NCBI GenBank assembly: GCA_963727625.1 | Contig: CAVSHR010000002.1 | Location: 288,001 to 352,000, forward strand | Length of the DNA stretch: 64,000 nucleotides | Source of the DNA: an uncultured delta proteobacterium | Lineage (GTDB): Bacteria; Desulfobacterota; Binatia; UBA9968 | Direction of reading: 5' to 3' | Shown here: piece by piece, positions 9,947-19,205 of the stretch | Layout of the letters: each line of letters begins with the position of its first letter | How positions within the stretch are numbered: position 1 is the first letter of the stretch | Made by a program: the position numbers and the translations under genes | The notes under the pieces: generated by a model | Databases searched by the model: none | What the model was told of the DNA's origin: nothing | What the model saw: only the letters and a program-made list of their open reading frames with translations

Positions 9947-12238
9947 ATGAAAAAAGCACAGGCCTATAAAGTCGTCGGGCACGCCGAACCGCGCTCCGAT
10001 GGCGCGGAAAAAGTTACCGGTAAAGCCATCTATACGGTCGACGTGAAGCTGCCCGGAATGGCCCACGGCAAGATCCTGCGCAGCCCCTACGCGCACGCCC
10101 GGTTGATCCGCGTGGACGCCGGCAAAGCGGAAAAACTGCCGGGTGTTTTCGCCGTGATCACCCGCGAAGATCAGCGCCACTTCGCCATGTTCGGCGCGGC
10201 CTACAAAGATCAAACCATCGTCGCAGTGGACAAAGTGCGCTACGCCGGAGATCCGGTGGCGGCAGTGGCGGCGGTCGACGAAGCGACTGCGGAGGAGGCG
10301 CTGGCGTTAATCGAAGTCGACTACGAAGAATTACCTTCGGTGACCGGTTTGGATGAAGCTTTGGCTCCGGGCGCGCCGCTGGTTCACGATGTTTCGGCGA
10401 GCGGCGGCGAGCTGATGGGCCAGCGTTACGAGGCGCCCAGGGAATTTTCCGGCACCAATCTTTGCTACCGCTTCAGCTACGTTAAGGGAGACGTGGACGA
10501 GGGCTTTAAAAAAGCTGCGCATATTTTCGAGCACATTTTCACCTTTCCACGGGTGCAGCACTTTTCCATGGAGCCGCACGCGACGGTGGCCCAGGTGGAA
10601 AGCGATCGCATGACGCTATGGGCCGGTACCCAGGAGCCGTTTACTCTGCGCGAACATCTCGCCTATATTTTCCATATGCCGCTCAACAAAATTCGCGTCA
10701 TCGTGGCTTATCTCGGAGGCGGCTACGGCGGCAAGTTGGCGGTGAAGACCGAGCCGCTGGCGGCGGCGTTGTCGTGGAAGGCCAAGCGGCCGGTGCGTCT
10801 GGTGCATACCATCGAAGAGAGCTTTCGCACGGTGACGCGCCACCCGGCGCGGGTGAAAATCAAGACCGGAGTTTCCAAGGAGGGCAAGCTGGTCGCGCGG
10901 CAATGTGTGATTCACATGGAAACCGGCGCCTACGCCGATGCCGGACCACGGGTGACGCAAAAGGCCGGCTACCGCTGCTTTGGTCCTTATCGCATGCCGC
11001 ACATGAAAACCGATGCCTTTACGGTTTACACCAACACCGTGCCCGCCGGTGCCTATCGCGGATTTGGCACGCTGCAAGTGACTTGGGCCTATGAGTCGCA
11101 GATGGATATCATCGCCGAAGAGCTCAGCCTTGATCCGTTGGAATTTCGCCTCAAAAATCTGCTCAAGAAAGGCGAGGTCTACACCCCCGGCGACACCCCG
11201 GTGGATTGCGATCTCAAGGCAGGGCTAAAGCGCGCCGCGAAAGCGATCGGCTGGGGCGACAAGAAAAAGCCCAATCGCGGCCGCGGCCTCGCGGTGTGCA
11301 TAAAGGACGGCGGTGGCACGTATAAAGTTTCTTCCGCCGCGGTGAAAATGAACGCCGACGGCAGCGTGGTTTTGCTTACCGGGACGGTGGAAGTTGGGCA
11401 GGGCGCGCGCACCGCGCTGAGCCAAGTGACCGCGGAAGAATTGGGCTTGCCGTTTGCCGCCGTGACCGTGGCGCAACTCGATACCGACGTGACCCCTTAC
11501 GACGTCAATACCAACGCCAGCAGCTCGACGGTAGTCATGGGTCTTTCGGTCCAGCGGGCGGCGCAGGATTTGAAGCGGCAGCTGCTCCGTCACGCTGGTA
11601 AAATCCTCAAAGCTAAACCGGCACAGCTCACGCTCCACGGCGGCAAGGTGCACGGCCCGCGGCGGCAAAGCCTGTCGTTCGAGCAGCTGATGCACAAAGT
11701 ATTTCTCTCCAAGGCCGGCGAAATGATCGGCCGCGGCGCCTATCAAGACATCAAAAGCTCAAAGGCTGCGCTTGGTTCGCCGACGACTTTTTGGGAGATC
11801 AGCTGGGGCGGGGCGGAAGTGGAAGTGAACCGCGACACCGGCGAAATTAAACTGATCAAATATGTCTCCCTCGCCGACGTCGGCAAGGCGATCCATCCGG
11901 TGCTTTGCGAAGGTCAAGACGAAGGCGGCGTGATGAATGCCATCGGTCACAGTCTGTTGGAGGAGATGATTTACCAAGACGGCCAGTTGTTGAACCCCAA
12001 TCTGGTCGACTATCGGGTGCCGACCTTCGAGCATATGCCCAGGGTGTTCGAGTCGATTTTAGTGGAAAGCCAGAACGGTCCCGGGCCGTTCGGCTCCAAG
12101 GGTACCGGCGAAGGGGGCTTGTTGCCCGTCGCCTCGGCGATCGGCAATGCGCTTTACCAGGCGACGGGCTTGCGGCTCTATGATCTGCCGCTCACCCCTG
12201 AGAGAGTTTGGCGTGGGTTGCAATCGCTCGAACTGTGA
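9947..12238 (+). CDS. Xanthine dehydrogenase-family molybdopterin-binding large subunit
   Basis: EKVTG, LRSPYAHA, GGGYGGK, AYRGFG, EVGQG and KGTGE motifs. Confidence 0.9.
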   Translation: MKKAQAYKVVGHAEPRSDGAEKVTGKAIYTVDVKLPGMAHGKILRSPYAHARLIRVDAGKAEKLPGVFAVITREDQRHFAMFGAAYKDQTIVAVDKVRYAGDPVAAVAAVDEATAEEALALIEVDYEELPSVTGLDEALAPGAPLVHDVSASGGELMGQRYEAPREFSGTNLCYRFSYVKGDVDEGFKKAAHIFEHIFTFPRVQHFSMEPHATVAQVESDRMTLWAGTQEPFTLREHLAYIFHMPLNKIRVIVAYLGGGYGGKLAVKTEPLAAALSWKAKRPVRLVHTIEESFRTVTRHPARVKIKTGVSKEGKLVARQCVIHMETGAYADAGPRVTQKAGYRCFGPYRMPHMKTDAFTVYTNTVPAGAYRGFGTLQVTWAYESQMDIIAEELSLDPLEFRLKNLLKKGEVYTPGDTPVDCDLKAGLKRAAKAIGWGDKKKPNRGRGLAVCIKDGGGTYKVSSAAVKMNADGSVVLLTGTVEVGQGARTALSQVTAEELGLPFAAVTVAQLDTDVTPYDVNTNASSSTVVMGLSVQRAAQDLKRQLLRHAGKILKAKPAQLTLHGGKVHGPRRQSLSFEQLMHKVFLSKAGEMIGRGAYQDIKSSKAALGSPTTFWEISWGGAEVEVNRDTGEIKLIKYVSLADVGKAIHPVLCEGQDEGGVMNAIGHSLLEEMIYQDGQLLNPNLVDYRVPTFEHMPRVFESILVESQNGPGPFGSKGTGEGGLLPVASAIGNALYQATGLRLYDLPLTPERVWRGLQSLEL

Positions 12239-12332
12239 TCATTCGTCATTCGTGAAGATGGCCGGGTTGAAGCGATGCGTCAATCAATGCGGCCGGCAAC
12301 GAGGCGTCGCCCCACCGCGCGACTCGTTTTTT

Positions 12333-14363
12333 TTACTGCCCGCCTTGTATCAGCGTGATCAGGTAGCCTTCGGGAAATGGCACATTGAGCATCTTCTCAA
12401 ATAGGCCCCAGTAAAATAACCAGGAAAAAAATGTTACGGACGCGGTAATAAACCAGCTTTCCTTGGCGAACCTCAAGTAGAACAGGATTGTCAGAGGCAC
12501 CGCGTAAGAGAAGCCGAGCAGCCAAATCGCCAGGAAGAAAGCAACAATCCACAAGATGATCGCGACGGTTCGCTTGCGAACCAGTTCAGGGGCAATTTCG
12601 ACTTCAGTTTCCACCGACTGCGCCATCCCACCTACGGTTTTTTTCTTTTTGCCACGAAGATCTCTGAAGAACTGGCCGAAGGCTAAAATCAACGTCGGCG
12701 TGCCGATGACCCAGGGGAAGAGACCGGCACGGTAGCCGAAATCGCGGCTGTTCCAGAGCGCGATAGCGAGTACCACGATCACCGCTAAGGTGAACAGTGT
12801 CGGCGCGCCGAATTCGAGCGGCTTATGGTCTGGCTCATCCGCCGTCGACTCTGGTTCATTCTCTGCTTTGGCCGTCTCCCGCGCTTCCCGGTAGCTCTTG
12901 ATCATCGGGTAAAAAACTCCAAACAGCGTCAAAGCAAAAATTCCCAGCACTCCGGGCCTGGCGGTCCAGCTCAAGCCGTAATTGTCGGTGGATAAGAACA
13001 GCCGGTTCTCCGCCAGGGGGCCGAGCACAAGCCCCAGCAGCACCGGCGGCCGCGGCCACTCCAACTTCTCCATGACCCAGCCGAGCGCGCCGAAAAACAT
13101 TACGATGACCATGTCCTCGAAGGCGTTCTTTTCGGCGAAGGCACCGAGGTAAATCAAGATCAAAATGATGGGAATGATGATGCTGCCACGAACCTGGGTG
13201 ACTTTAGCCAGCGGTTTGAGAAACAAAAAACAGATCGCCACGGTGATCATATTGGAAATAATGATGACCCAGACAAAGGAATAGGTCAGGTCGAGCTTGC
13301 CTCTCGGCGGCGGGAGCAACATGTCCGGGCCGGGAACGATTCCCTGAATGATAAAGGCACCGAGCAGGATCGCCATGGTGACACTGGCGGGGACGCCGAA
13401 GGCGATCGTGGTGATCAAGCTGCCGCCCAGGGTGGAATTGTTCGCCGCTCCGGGACCCAAGACCCCGCGCACATCTCCCTTGCCGAACCTTTCTTTATCC
13501 GGCGAGCTCTGTACGGCGTGGGCGTAGGCGAGCCACTGCGTGGTCGCGGCGCCCATGCCGGGAATAATTGCGGTTAAGGTGCCTAGGGCGCTGCAACGAA
13601 TGACCAACCACCAATGGCGAAAGGTGTCCTTAACGCCCTCCATGACGCCGCCAAGTTCTCCGACCTCCTGCTTGGCGATGCTGGTACCTAGCACGGCAAG
13701 CTCGATGGTTTCAGGAATGGCATAAAAGCCGATGGTGATCGGCACCAGGCCGATGCCGTCCCAGAGGAAAAGCTGACCGAAGGTGTAGCGTTGAATTCCC
13801 GAAATCGGATCCAGACCGATAGTGGCGAGCATGAGACCGATGCCGCCCGAGACCATGCCCTTAAGCACGTCCTCACCGCTGAGCGCGGCAACGAAAGAAA
13901 TGCCAAGAATCGCCAACATGAAAAATTCCGGCGAGCCGAAAGAAAGCACCAGCGGGCGGATGATCGGCACGGCGGCCCCGAGAGCGACGCCGGCAAACAC
14001 GGCGCCGACCAGCGAGCTCATGAGCACGGCGCCCAAGGCCCGCCCCGCCTCACCATTGCGCGCCATGGCGTGGCCGTCGATGATCGTCGATGCAGTGGTC
14101 GGTTCGCCGGGAACACCGAAGAGTACCGACGTAATGTCGCCGGTGGTCGCGGTAACTGCGGTCATGCCGAGCAGGAAGGCAAATGCCTCGACGGCGGTCA
14201 TCTTAAATATAAACGGCAGCATGAGGGCCATTGCCGTGGGTCCGCCTAAGCCCGGGAGGATCCCAACCACGAAGCCGATCGCGATGCCAACGATCATCAA
14301 ATTGAAAGTCGACAAATTGAAGCACTGAAGAAAACCGGAAACGAGTGCGTGTAACATGTCCAT
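12333..14363 (-). CDS. Tripartite tricarboxylate transporter permease TctA fused to a C-terminal TctB-like domain
   Basis: GILPGLG, GVPGEP, GAANNS and LGPLAE TctA motifs; after a charged linker, about four more TM segments ending in LNVPFPEG (TctB-like). Confidence 0.82.
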   Translation of the reverse strand: MDMLHALVSGFLQCFNLSTFNLMIVGIAIGFVVGILPGLGGPTAMALMLPFIFKMTAVEAFAFLLGMTAVTATTGDITSVLFGVPGEPTTASTIIDGHAMARNGEAGRALGAVLMSSLVGAVFAGVALGAAVPIIRPLVLSFGSPEFFMLAILGISFVAALSGEDVLKGMVSGGIGLMLATIGLDPISGIQRYTFGQLFLWDGIGLVPITIGFYAIPETIELAVLGTSIAKQEVGELGGVMEGVKDTFRHWWLVIRCSALGTLTAIIPGMGAATTQWLAYAHAVQSSPDKERFGKGDVRGVLGPGAANNSTLGGSLITTIAFGVPASVTMAILLGAFIIQGIVPGPDMLLPPPRGKLDLTYSFVWVIIISNMITVAICFLFLKPLAKVTQVRGSIIIPIILILIYLGAFAEKNAFEDMVIVMFFGALGWVMEKLEWPRPPVLLGLVLGPLAENRLFLSTDNYGLSWTARPGVLGIFALTLFGVFYPMIKSYREARETAKAENEPESTADEPDHKPLEFGAPTLFTLAVIVVLAIALWNSRDFGYRAGLFPWVIGTPTLILAFGQFFRDLRGKKKKTVGGMAQSVETEVEIAPELVRKRTVAIILWIVAFFLAIWLLGFSYAVPLTILFYLRFAKESWFITASVTFFSWLFYWGLFEKMLNVPFPEGYLITLIQGGQ

Positions 14364-14423
14364 GGATATATCAATCCTCCACGCCAAGCGCGCGGTGTCC
14401 GTCGCTAAATATCAGCGGAGCAT

Positions 14424-14699
14424 CTAGTTGTAAAGAACCTCTTTCAGCTTGGCTACCGAAGTAGGATCGAGGTTGAACAGACCGGAAAGGGCCTTCTCTA
14501 TTTCGTCGGCCGGGTGACGAGCCGGACGGGCAGTCCGACTGCAGTTTTTAGAATTCGGGTGGCTTTGTCCGGCGTCTAAGTGCCGCGCGCGATGCCGCCC
14601 ATCTTCCCCGGGGTCTTCGACGCCGGCCATTTCTCCACGCTGGTGATGCCGCTCGCCTTGGTCATCGCTCAAACGACATGGTCGCTGATCGGCGCGCCG
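14424..14699 (-). pseudogene. Degraded TctC (TTT substrate-binding protein) remnant
   Basis: Minus strand reads GAPISDHVV*AMTKASGITSVEKW..SKTP.KMGGIARGT*TPDKATRILKTAVGLPVRLVT (two in-frame stops), then shifts frame to a TctC-like C-terminus ADEIEKALSGLFNLDPTSVAKLKEVLYN*. Lies directly upstream of tctA. Confidence 0.7.
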
Positions 14700-14936
14700 G
14701 CTTGTGCGCTTGCTCATTACGATGGCAGAGAAAAGCGCGAGGCTGCCTGAAGCTAGCCGATCGAAAATTGCAAATCATTTCTTCTATGATCTAAACCTCG
14801 TTTTTCTGCGTGCAATGCCCTAAACGTGAATAGTAAGATGGCATTGTGTTCGGCACAGGAGGTCACTAAAATAAACCCGGTCCCGAGCGTTGAGCTGCGT
14901 CGCGATGGAATTGCTGCGAAATCCAGGAGAACGGCT

Positions 14937-16424
14937 ATGGCGGATCAATTCAAAAACTATGTCGATGGTAAATGGCTGGCGGCGAAATCGGAGAAGGTTT
15001 TTGAAAACCGCAATCCCGCCGACCGCAACGACCTGATTGGTTTATTTCCCGCTTCTGCAGTCGAAGACGTGGACGCGGCGGTGCAGGCGGCGAAAAAAGC
15101 GTTCACCGCATGGCGTTCGGTGCCGGCACCGAAAAGGGGTGAACTGCTCTATCGCGTCGGCGAGCTGTTGCGCCAGCACAAAGAAGAGATCGCCCGCGGC
15201 ATGACGCGCGAGATGGGAAAAGTCATCAAAGAGACGCGCGGCGACGTGCAAGAGGGGATTGACACGGCTTTTTACGTTGCCGGGGAGGGGCGGCGGCTTT
15301 TCGGCCAGACCACTCCGGCCGAGTTGCCCGACAAGTTCGCTATGTCCGTGCGCACGCCGTTAGGTGTTTGCGCGTTGATCACGCCATGGAATTTCCCTAT
15401 GGCGATCCCGACCTGGAAAATGTTTCCGGCGCTGCTTTGTGGCAACACCGTCGTGCTCAAGCCGGCGGAGGATACGCCCCACACGGCGCAGCGACTGATC
15501 GAAATTCTAACCGAAGCGGGTATTCCTCCCGGCGTGGCAAACTTGGTGCACGGCCGCGGCGAAGAGGTTGGCGCGGCGTTGGTGCGCCACCCGGATGTTC
15601 AGCTTGTGTCATTCACGGGCTCGGCTGCGGTGGGACGCGAGATCGCGTCGGTATGCGGCCAGCATTTAAAGCGCGTTTCTTTGGAGCTCGGCGGCAAGAA
15701 CGGGCAGATCGTGATGGAAGACGCCGACTTGGAGCTTGCCATCGAAGGCGCGCTGTGGGGCGCTTTCGGCACCACCGGTCAACGTTGTACCGCGACGAGC
15801 CGGCTGATCGTGCACCGCGACGTTGCGAATACCCTGACCGATGCGCTGGTGGCGCGTGCGCAAAAAATAAAGATCGGCGACGGTCTCGATGAAAGCGTCG
15901 ACATGGGACCGTTGATCAATCAAACAGCCCGAGAGAAAGTTCTGCGATACATCGACATTGGTAAACAAGAAGGCGCGCGTGTACGGACCGGCGGCTCGAT
16001 CTACGAATCCAGCTCCTTCGCCAACGGTTATTTTTTCCAGCCGACAATCTTTGATCAAGTGAAGCCGGCCATGCGTATCGCCCGGGAAGAGATCTTCGGT
16101 CCGGTGCTGTCGATTATCGAGATCAACAGCTTCGAGGAGGCCATCGCGGTGCTGAACGGTACGGCTTACGGTTTGTCGAGCTCGATTTATACTCGTGATG
16201 TGGCCCGCGCGTTTCGCGCTATGCGCGACATCGAAGCGGGCATCACCTATGTGAACGGGCCGACTATCGGCGCGGAAGTTCATCTGCCCTTCGGCGGCGT
16301 TAAGGACACCGGCAACGGCCACCGCGAAGCCGGCACCACGGTTTACGACATATTTAGCGAGTGGAAGTCGATTTACGTCGATTACTCGGGCAAGTTGCAA
16401 AAGGCGCAGATCGACAACAACTAA
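14937..16424 (+). CDS. Aldehyde dehydrogenase
   Basis: [24 protein letters not shown] and EEIFGP motifs; AGGAG RBS. Confidence 0.93.
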   Translation: MADQFKNYVDGKWLAAKSEKVFENRNPADRNDLIGLFPASAVEDVDAAVQAAKKAFTAWRSVPAPKRGELLYRVGELLRQHKEEIARGMTREMGKVIKETRGDVQEGIDTAFYVAGEGRRLFGQTTPAELPDKFAMSVRTPLGVCALITPWNFPMAIPTWKMFPALLCGNTVVLKPAEDTPHTAQRLIEILTEAGIPPGVANLVHGRGEEVGAALVRHPDVQLVSFTGSAAVGREIASVCGQHLKRVSLELGGKNGQIVMEDADLELAIEGALWGAFGTTGQRCTATSRLIVHRDVANTLTDALVARAQKIKIGDGLDESVDMGPLINQTAREKVLRYIDIGKQEGARVRTGGSIYESSSFANGYFFQPTIFDQVKPAMRIAREEIFGPVLSIIEINSFEEAIAVLNGTAYGLSSSIYTRDVARAFRAMRDIEAGITYVNGPTIGAEVHLPFGGVKDTGNGHREAGTTVYDIFSEWKSIYVDYSGKLQKAQIDNN

Positions 16425-16517
16425 GAGCTTAGAGTCCAGAGTCTCGGCTCTAAGGTTATTGAAATTCGTCTTTCAACCCTAAACACGTGACTCAAGACGC
16501 TAGACGGAGAATTTTAA

Positions 16518-17840
16518 ATGAAAGCACCCCAAATCAAGACCTCCCTGCCCGGTCCCGAAGCAAAAGCGATCATCGAACGGGACCACCGAGTCACCGCGCC
16601 GGCCTATGGGCGGGTCTATCCGCTGGTGGTCAAGCAGGCCCAAGGTATGGTCGTCGAAGACGTCGACGGCAACCTGTTTCTCGACTTTATGGCCGGCATC
16701 GCCGTGGCCAACACGGGTCATTCGCATCCTCGCGTGGTACAGGCGATCGAAGAACAGGCAAAAAAGTTTCTGCATATTTGCGGCAGCGATTATTATTACG
16801 AACCCTTAGTCGAGCTGGCGGAGAAGCTCAACCGGCTGGCGCCGGGCGCGGCCCCGAAAAAAGTGTTTTTCACCAACTCCGGGGCGGAAACCGTGGAAGC
16901 AGCGTTCAAGCTTGCGCGCCATCACAGCAAGCGTCAGCATATCATCGCCTTCCACGGCTCTTTTCACGGCCGGACGCTCGGCGCGCTGTCGCTGACCGCC
17001 AGCCGTTCCTCGCACCGTGCCCACTTCGGCCCGCTGATTCCCGGCGTGCATCATATCCCCTATGGCTTCTGCCACCGCTGTCCCTACCAGTTAAAATATG
17101 GCTCTTGCGGTATCGAATGTGTGCGGGTGCTGGAAAAGATTGTTTTTCGTTACGAGGTCCAGCCGGAGGAAGTGGCGGCGATTTTCGTCGAGCCGGTCCA
17201 GGGCGAAGGCGGCTACGTGGTGCCGCCGCCGGAGTATCTACCCATGCTCCAGGAGCTTTGCCGTAAGCATGGAATTCTCTTGGTGGTGGACGAGATTCAA
17301 TCCGGCTTCGGCCGCACCGGCAAAATGTTTGCGAGCGAGCATTGGGGTATCGAGCCCGACATTCTTTGTGCCGCCAAGGGCATCGCCAGCGGCATGCCGG
17401 TCGGCGCGATGATTGCGCGCGCGGATATCAGTACCTGGGGGCGCGGCGCCCATGGCAGCACTTTCGGGGGCAATCCGGTTGCTTGCGCCGCGGCGCTGGC
17501 GACGATCGAATTACTCGAAGCGGGTCTGGTCGAAAACTCCGCCAAAGTCGGCGCCATCCTCAAGGACCATCTGAGCGCGCTCAAGGCGCGTCACTCGGTG
17601 ATCAGTGACGTGCGCGGTTTGGGTCTGATGATCGGCGTCGAATTCGAAAAAAGCGACGGCAGTGGCGCCCCCGATGGCGAGCTGCGCGATCGCGTCATGC
17701 AAAAATGTTTTGAGAAAGGCTTGTTGCTCCTGAGCTGCGGCGAGAGCACGCTGCGGTTTTGCCCTCCGCTGATCGTCAAGCAGGAGGAGGCGAACACCGC
17801 CGTGACGATTTTCGATGCAGCGATTAGCGCGGCCGCATAG
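16518..17840 (+). CDS. Class III PLP aminotransferase (4-aminobutyrate/acetylornithine type)
   Basis: NSGAE, FHGRT, EPVQGEGG, DEIQSGFGRTG, AKG and TFGGNP motifs. Confidence 0.92.
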   Translation: MKAPQIKTSLPGPEAKAIIERDHRVTAPAYGRVYPLVVKQAQGMVVEDVDGNLFLDFMAGIAVANTGHSHPRVVQAIEEQAKKFLHICGSDYYYEPLVELAEKLNRLAPGAAPKKVFFTNSGAETVEAAFKLARHHSKRQHIIAFHGSFHGRTLGALSLTASRSSHRAHFGPLIPGVHHIPYGFCHRCPYQLKYGSCGIECVRVLEKIVFRYEVQPEEVAAIFVEPVQGEGGYVVPPPEYLPMLQELCRKHGILLVVDEIQSGFGRTGKMFASEHWGIEPDILCAAKGIASGMPVGAMIARADISTWGRGAHGSTFGGNPVACAAALATIELLEAGLVENSAKVGAILKDHLSALKARHSVISDVRGLGLMIGVEFEKSDGSGAPDGELRDRVMQKCFEKGLLLLSCGESTLRFCPPLIVKQEEANTAVTIFDAAISAAA

Positions 17841-17881
17841 TGGTCGCCGAGCTGCACACGCCGTTTCAGCCGGCCGTCCGG

Positions 17882-18367
17882 CTACTGGAGTTTGGTTTGT
17901 AATTCTTCGACGAGCTGAGCAAGCTCGCCGTCGTCGGGATTGAATTTCAGCGCACCGCCGAATTCATCCAGCGCTTTCTGGATCATGCCTTTGGTCAAAT
18001 AAATCCGGCCGAGATTTATATAAGGAAAGTGACGCGGCTCGTAACGTTTTGCTGTCTTGGCGCGTTCGAGCCAGGGAATTGCATCGTCCGGCCGCTGTTG
18101 CTGCATGAGATACACGCCGATATCGTTGTATGGGTTGCCGAACTCGGGATCGAGCTCGATGGCAATCTCGCACTGGGCGATGGCCTCGTTAAGGCGGCCA
18201 AGAAAACTATAGGCCCAGCCCAAGTAGGTGTGCGCATCGGCAGTGGGATGGAGCGCGATGGACTCTTTATACAAGCGAATCGCCTCGTCGAACTGCTTTG
18301 CAATCTGATGGTTCATCGCCTCTTCGATCAGCTCGAGGGCGCGTTTTTGCTCTTTAGTGGTTGCCAT
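17882..18367 (-). CDS. Tetratricopeptide repeat protein
   Basis: Repeated TPR pattern (AHTYLG..Y, PYNDIG, PYINLGRIY). Confidence 0.85.
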   Translation of the reverse strand: MATTKEQKRALELIEEAMNHQIAKQFDEAIRLYKESIALHPTADAHTYLGWAYSFLGRLNEAIAQCEIAIELDPEFGNPYNDIGVYLMQQQRPDDAIPWLERAKTAKRYEPRHFPYINLGRIYLTKGMIQKALDEFGGALKFNPDDGELAQLVEELQTKLQ

Positions 18368-18414
18368 CGACATCCCCTACTCAATATTGTCTGTCCGTCA
18401 CTTCGTCATCGTTT

Positions 18415-19152
18415 TTAAACGCCCCAGGCGCCGCTCAGTTGAATGTTGGCGCCATTGACGTAGCGGGCCTCGTCCGACAACAAGTATCGCACCGCGGCAG
18501 CGGCGTCGTCTACCGTGCCGACGTAGCCCGCCGGGATGAACTTGACCATTCGCTGGAGCTCTTCCCTGGGGGCGCTACCGGAATCGATGAAGCCGGGTGA
18601 TACGCAATTCATCGTGATGCCATCGGCGGCGATCAGCTTGGCGAAGGAACGGGAGAGCGCCAGCAACCCGACTTTGGTGATGTAATGGGCCGTGAGCTGG
18701 GGTTGGGCGATCAGTTGCTCGGCATTGGCCATGCTGAAACAGACGATGCGTCCCCAGCGGCGCTCTTTCATGATCGGTATGACCGCTTGGCTCAAATAAA
18801 AAACCGGATGGAGGTTGTTGTCGAACATGGAATGCCAGCCGTCGTGGGTTTCCTCCAACAGGTTCACGCGGTGGTAGGGGCCTGCGCCGTTGATCAGGGC
18901 GTCGATCCGGCCCCATTCCCGGTGCACTCGCCGCACTAGTTCACTCGCCGCCTCGGGATCGGAAACGTCAGCCTGAACGGCCAAAGCTTGCGCGCCGGTT
19001 TGCTGGGCAGCATGGATGACCTCGGCCGCGTCTTTGGCGCTGGTACGGTAGCATATCGCGATCGCCCAGCCGCGCGTGGCGAGATCCAAGGTGACCGCGC
19101 GGCCAATGCCGCGAGCGCCGCCGGTAATCAAGGCTACTTTTTGATCGATCAT
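18415..19152 (-). CDS. SDR oxidoreductase
   Basis: TGGARGIG, YITK and VSPGFI motifs. Confidence 0.88.
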   Translation of the reverse strand: MIDQKVALITGGARGIGRAVTLDLATRGWAIAICYRTSAKDAAEVIHAAQQTGAQALAVQADVSDPEAASELVRRVHREWGRIDALINGAGPYHRVNLLEETHDGWHSMFDNNLHPVFYLSQAVIPIMKERRWGRIVCFSMANAEQLIAQPQLTAHYITKVGLLALSRSFAKLIAADGITMNCVSPGFIDSGSAPREELQRMVKFIPAGYVGTVDDAAAAVRYLLSDEARYVNGANIQLSGAWGV

Positions 19153-19205
19153 GAATACTACCAACGAACTATTGCGGGCCTTCGTCCGGGTTAAGGATTC
19201 ACTCC

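Noticed and set aside
9947-12238. Form I CO dehydrogenase (CoxL)
   Set aside because: The active-site loop reads AYRGFG, not AYxCSFR, and no coxMS genes are adjacent
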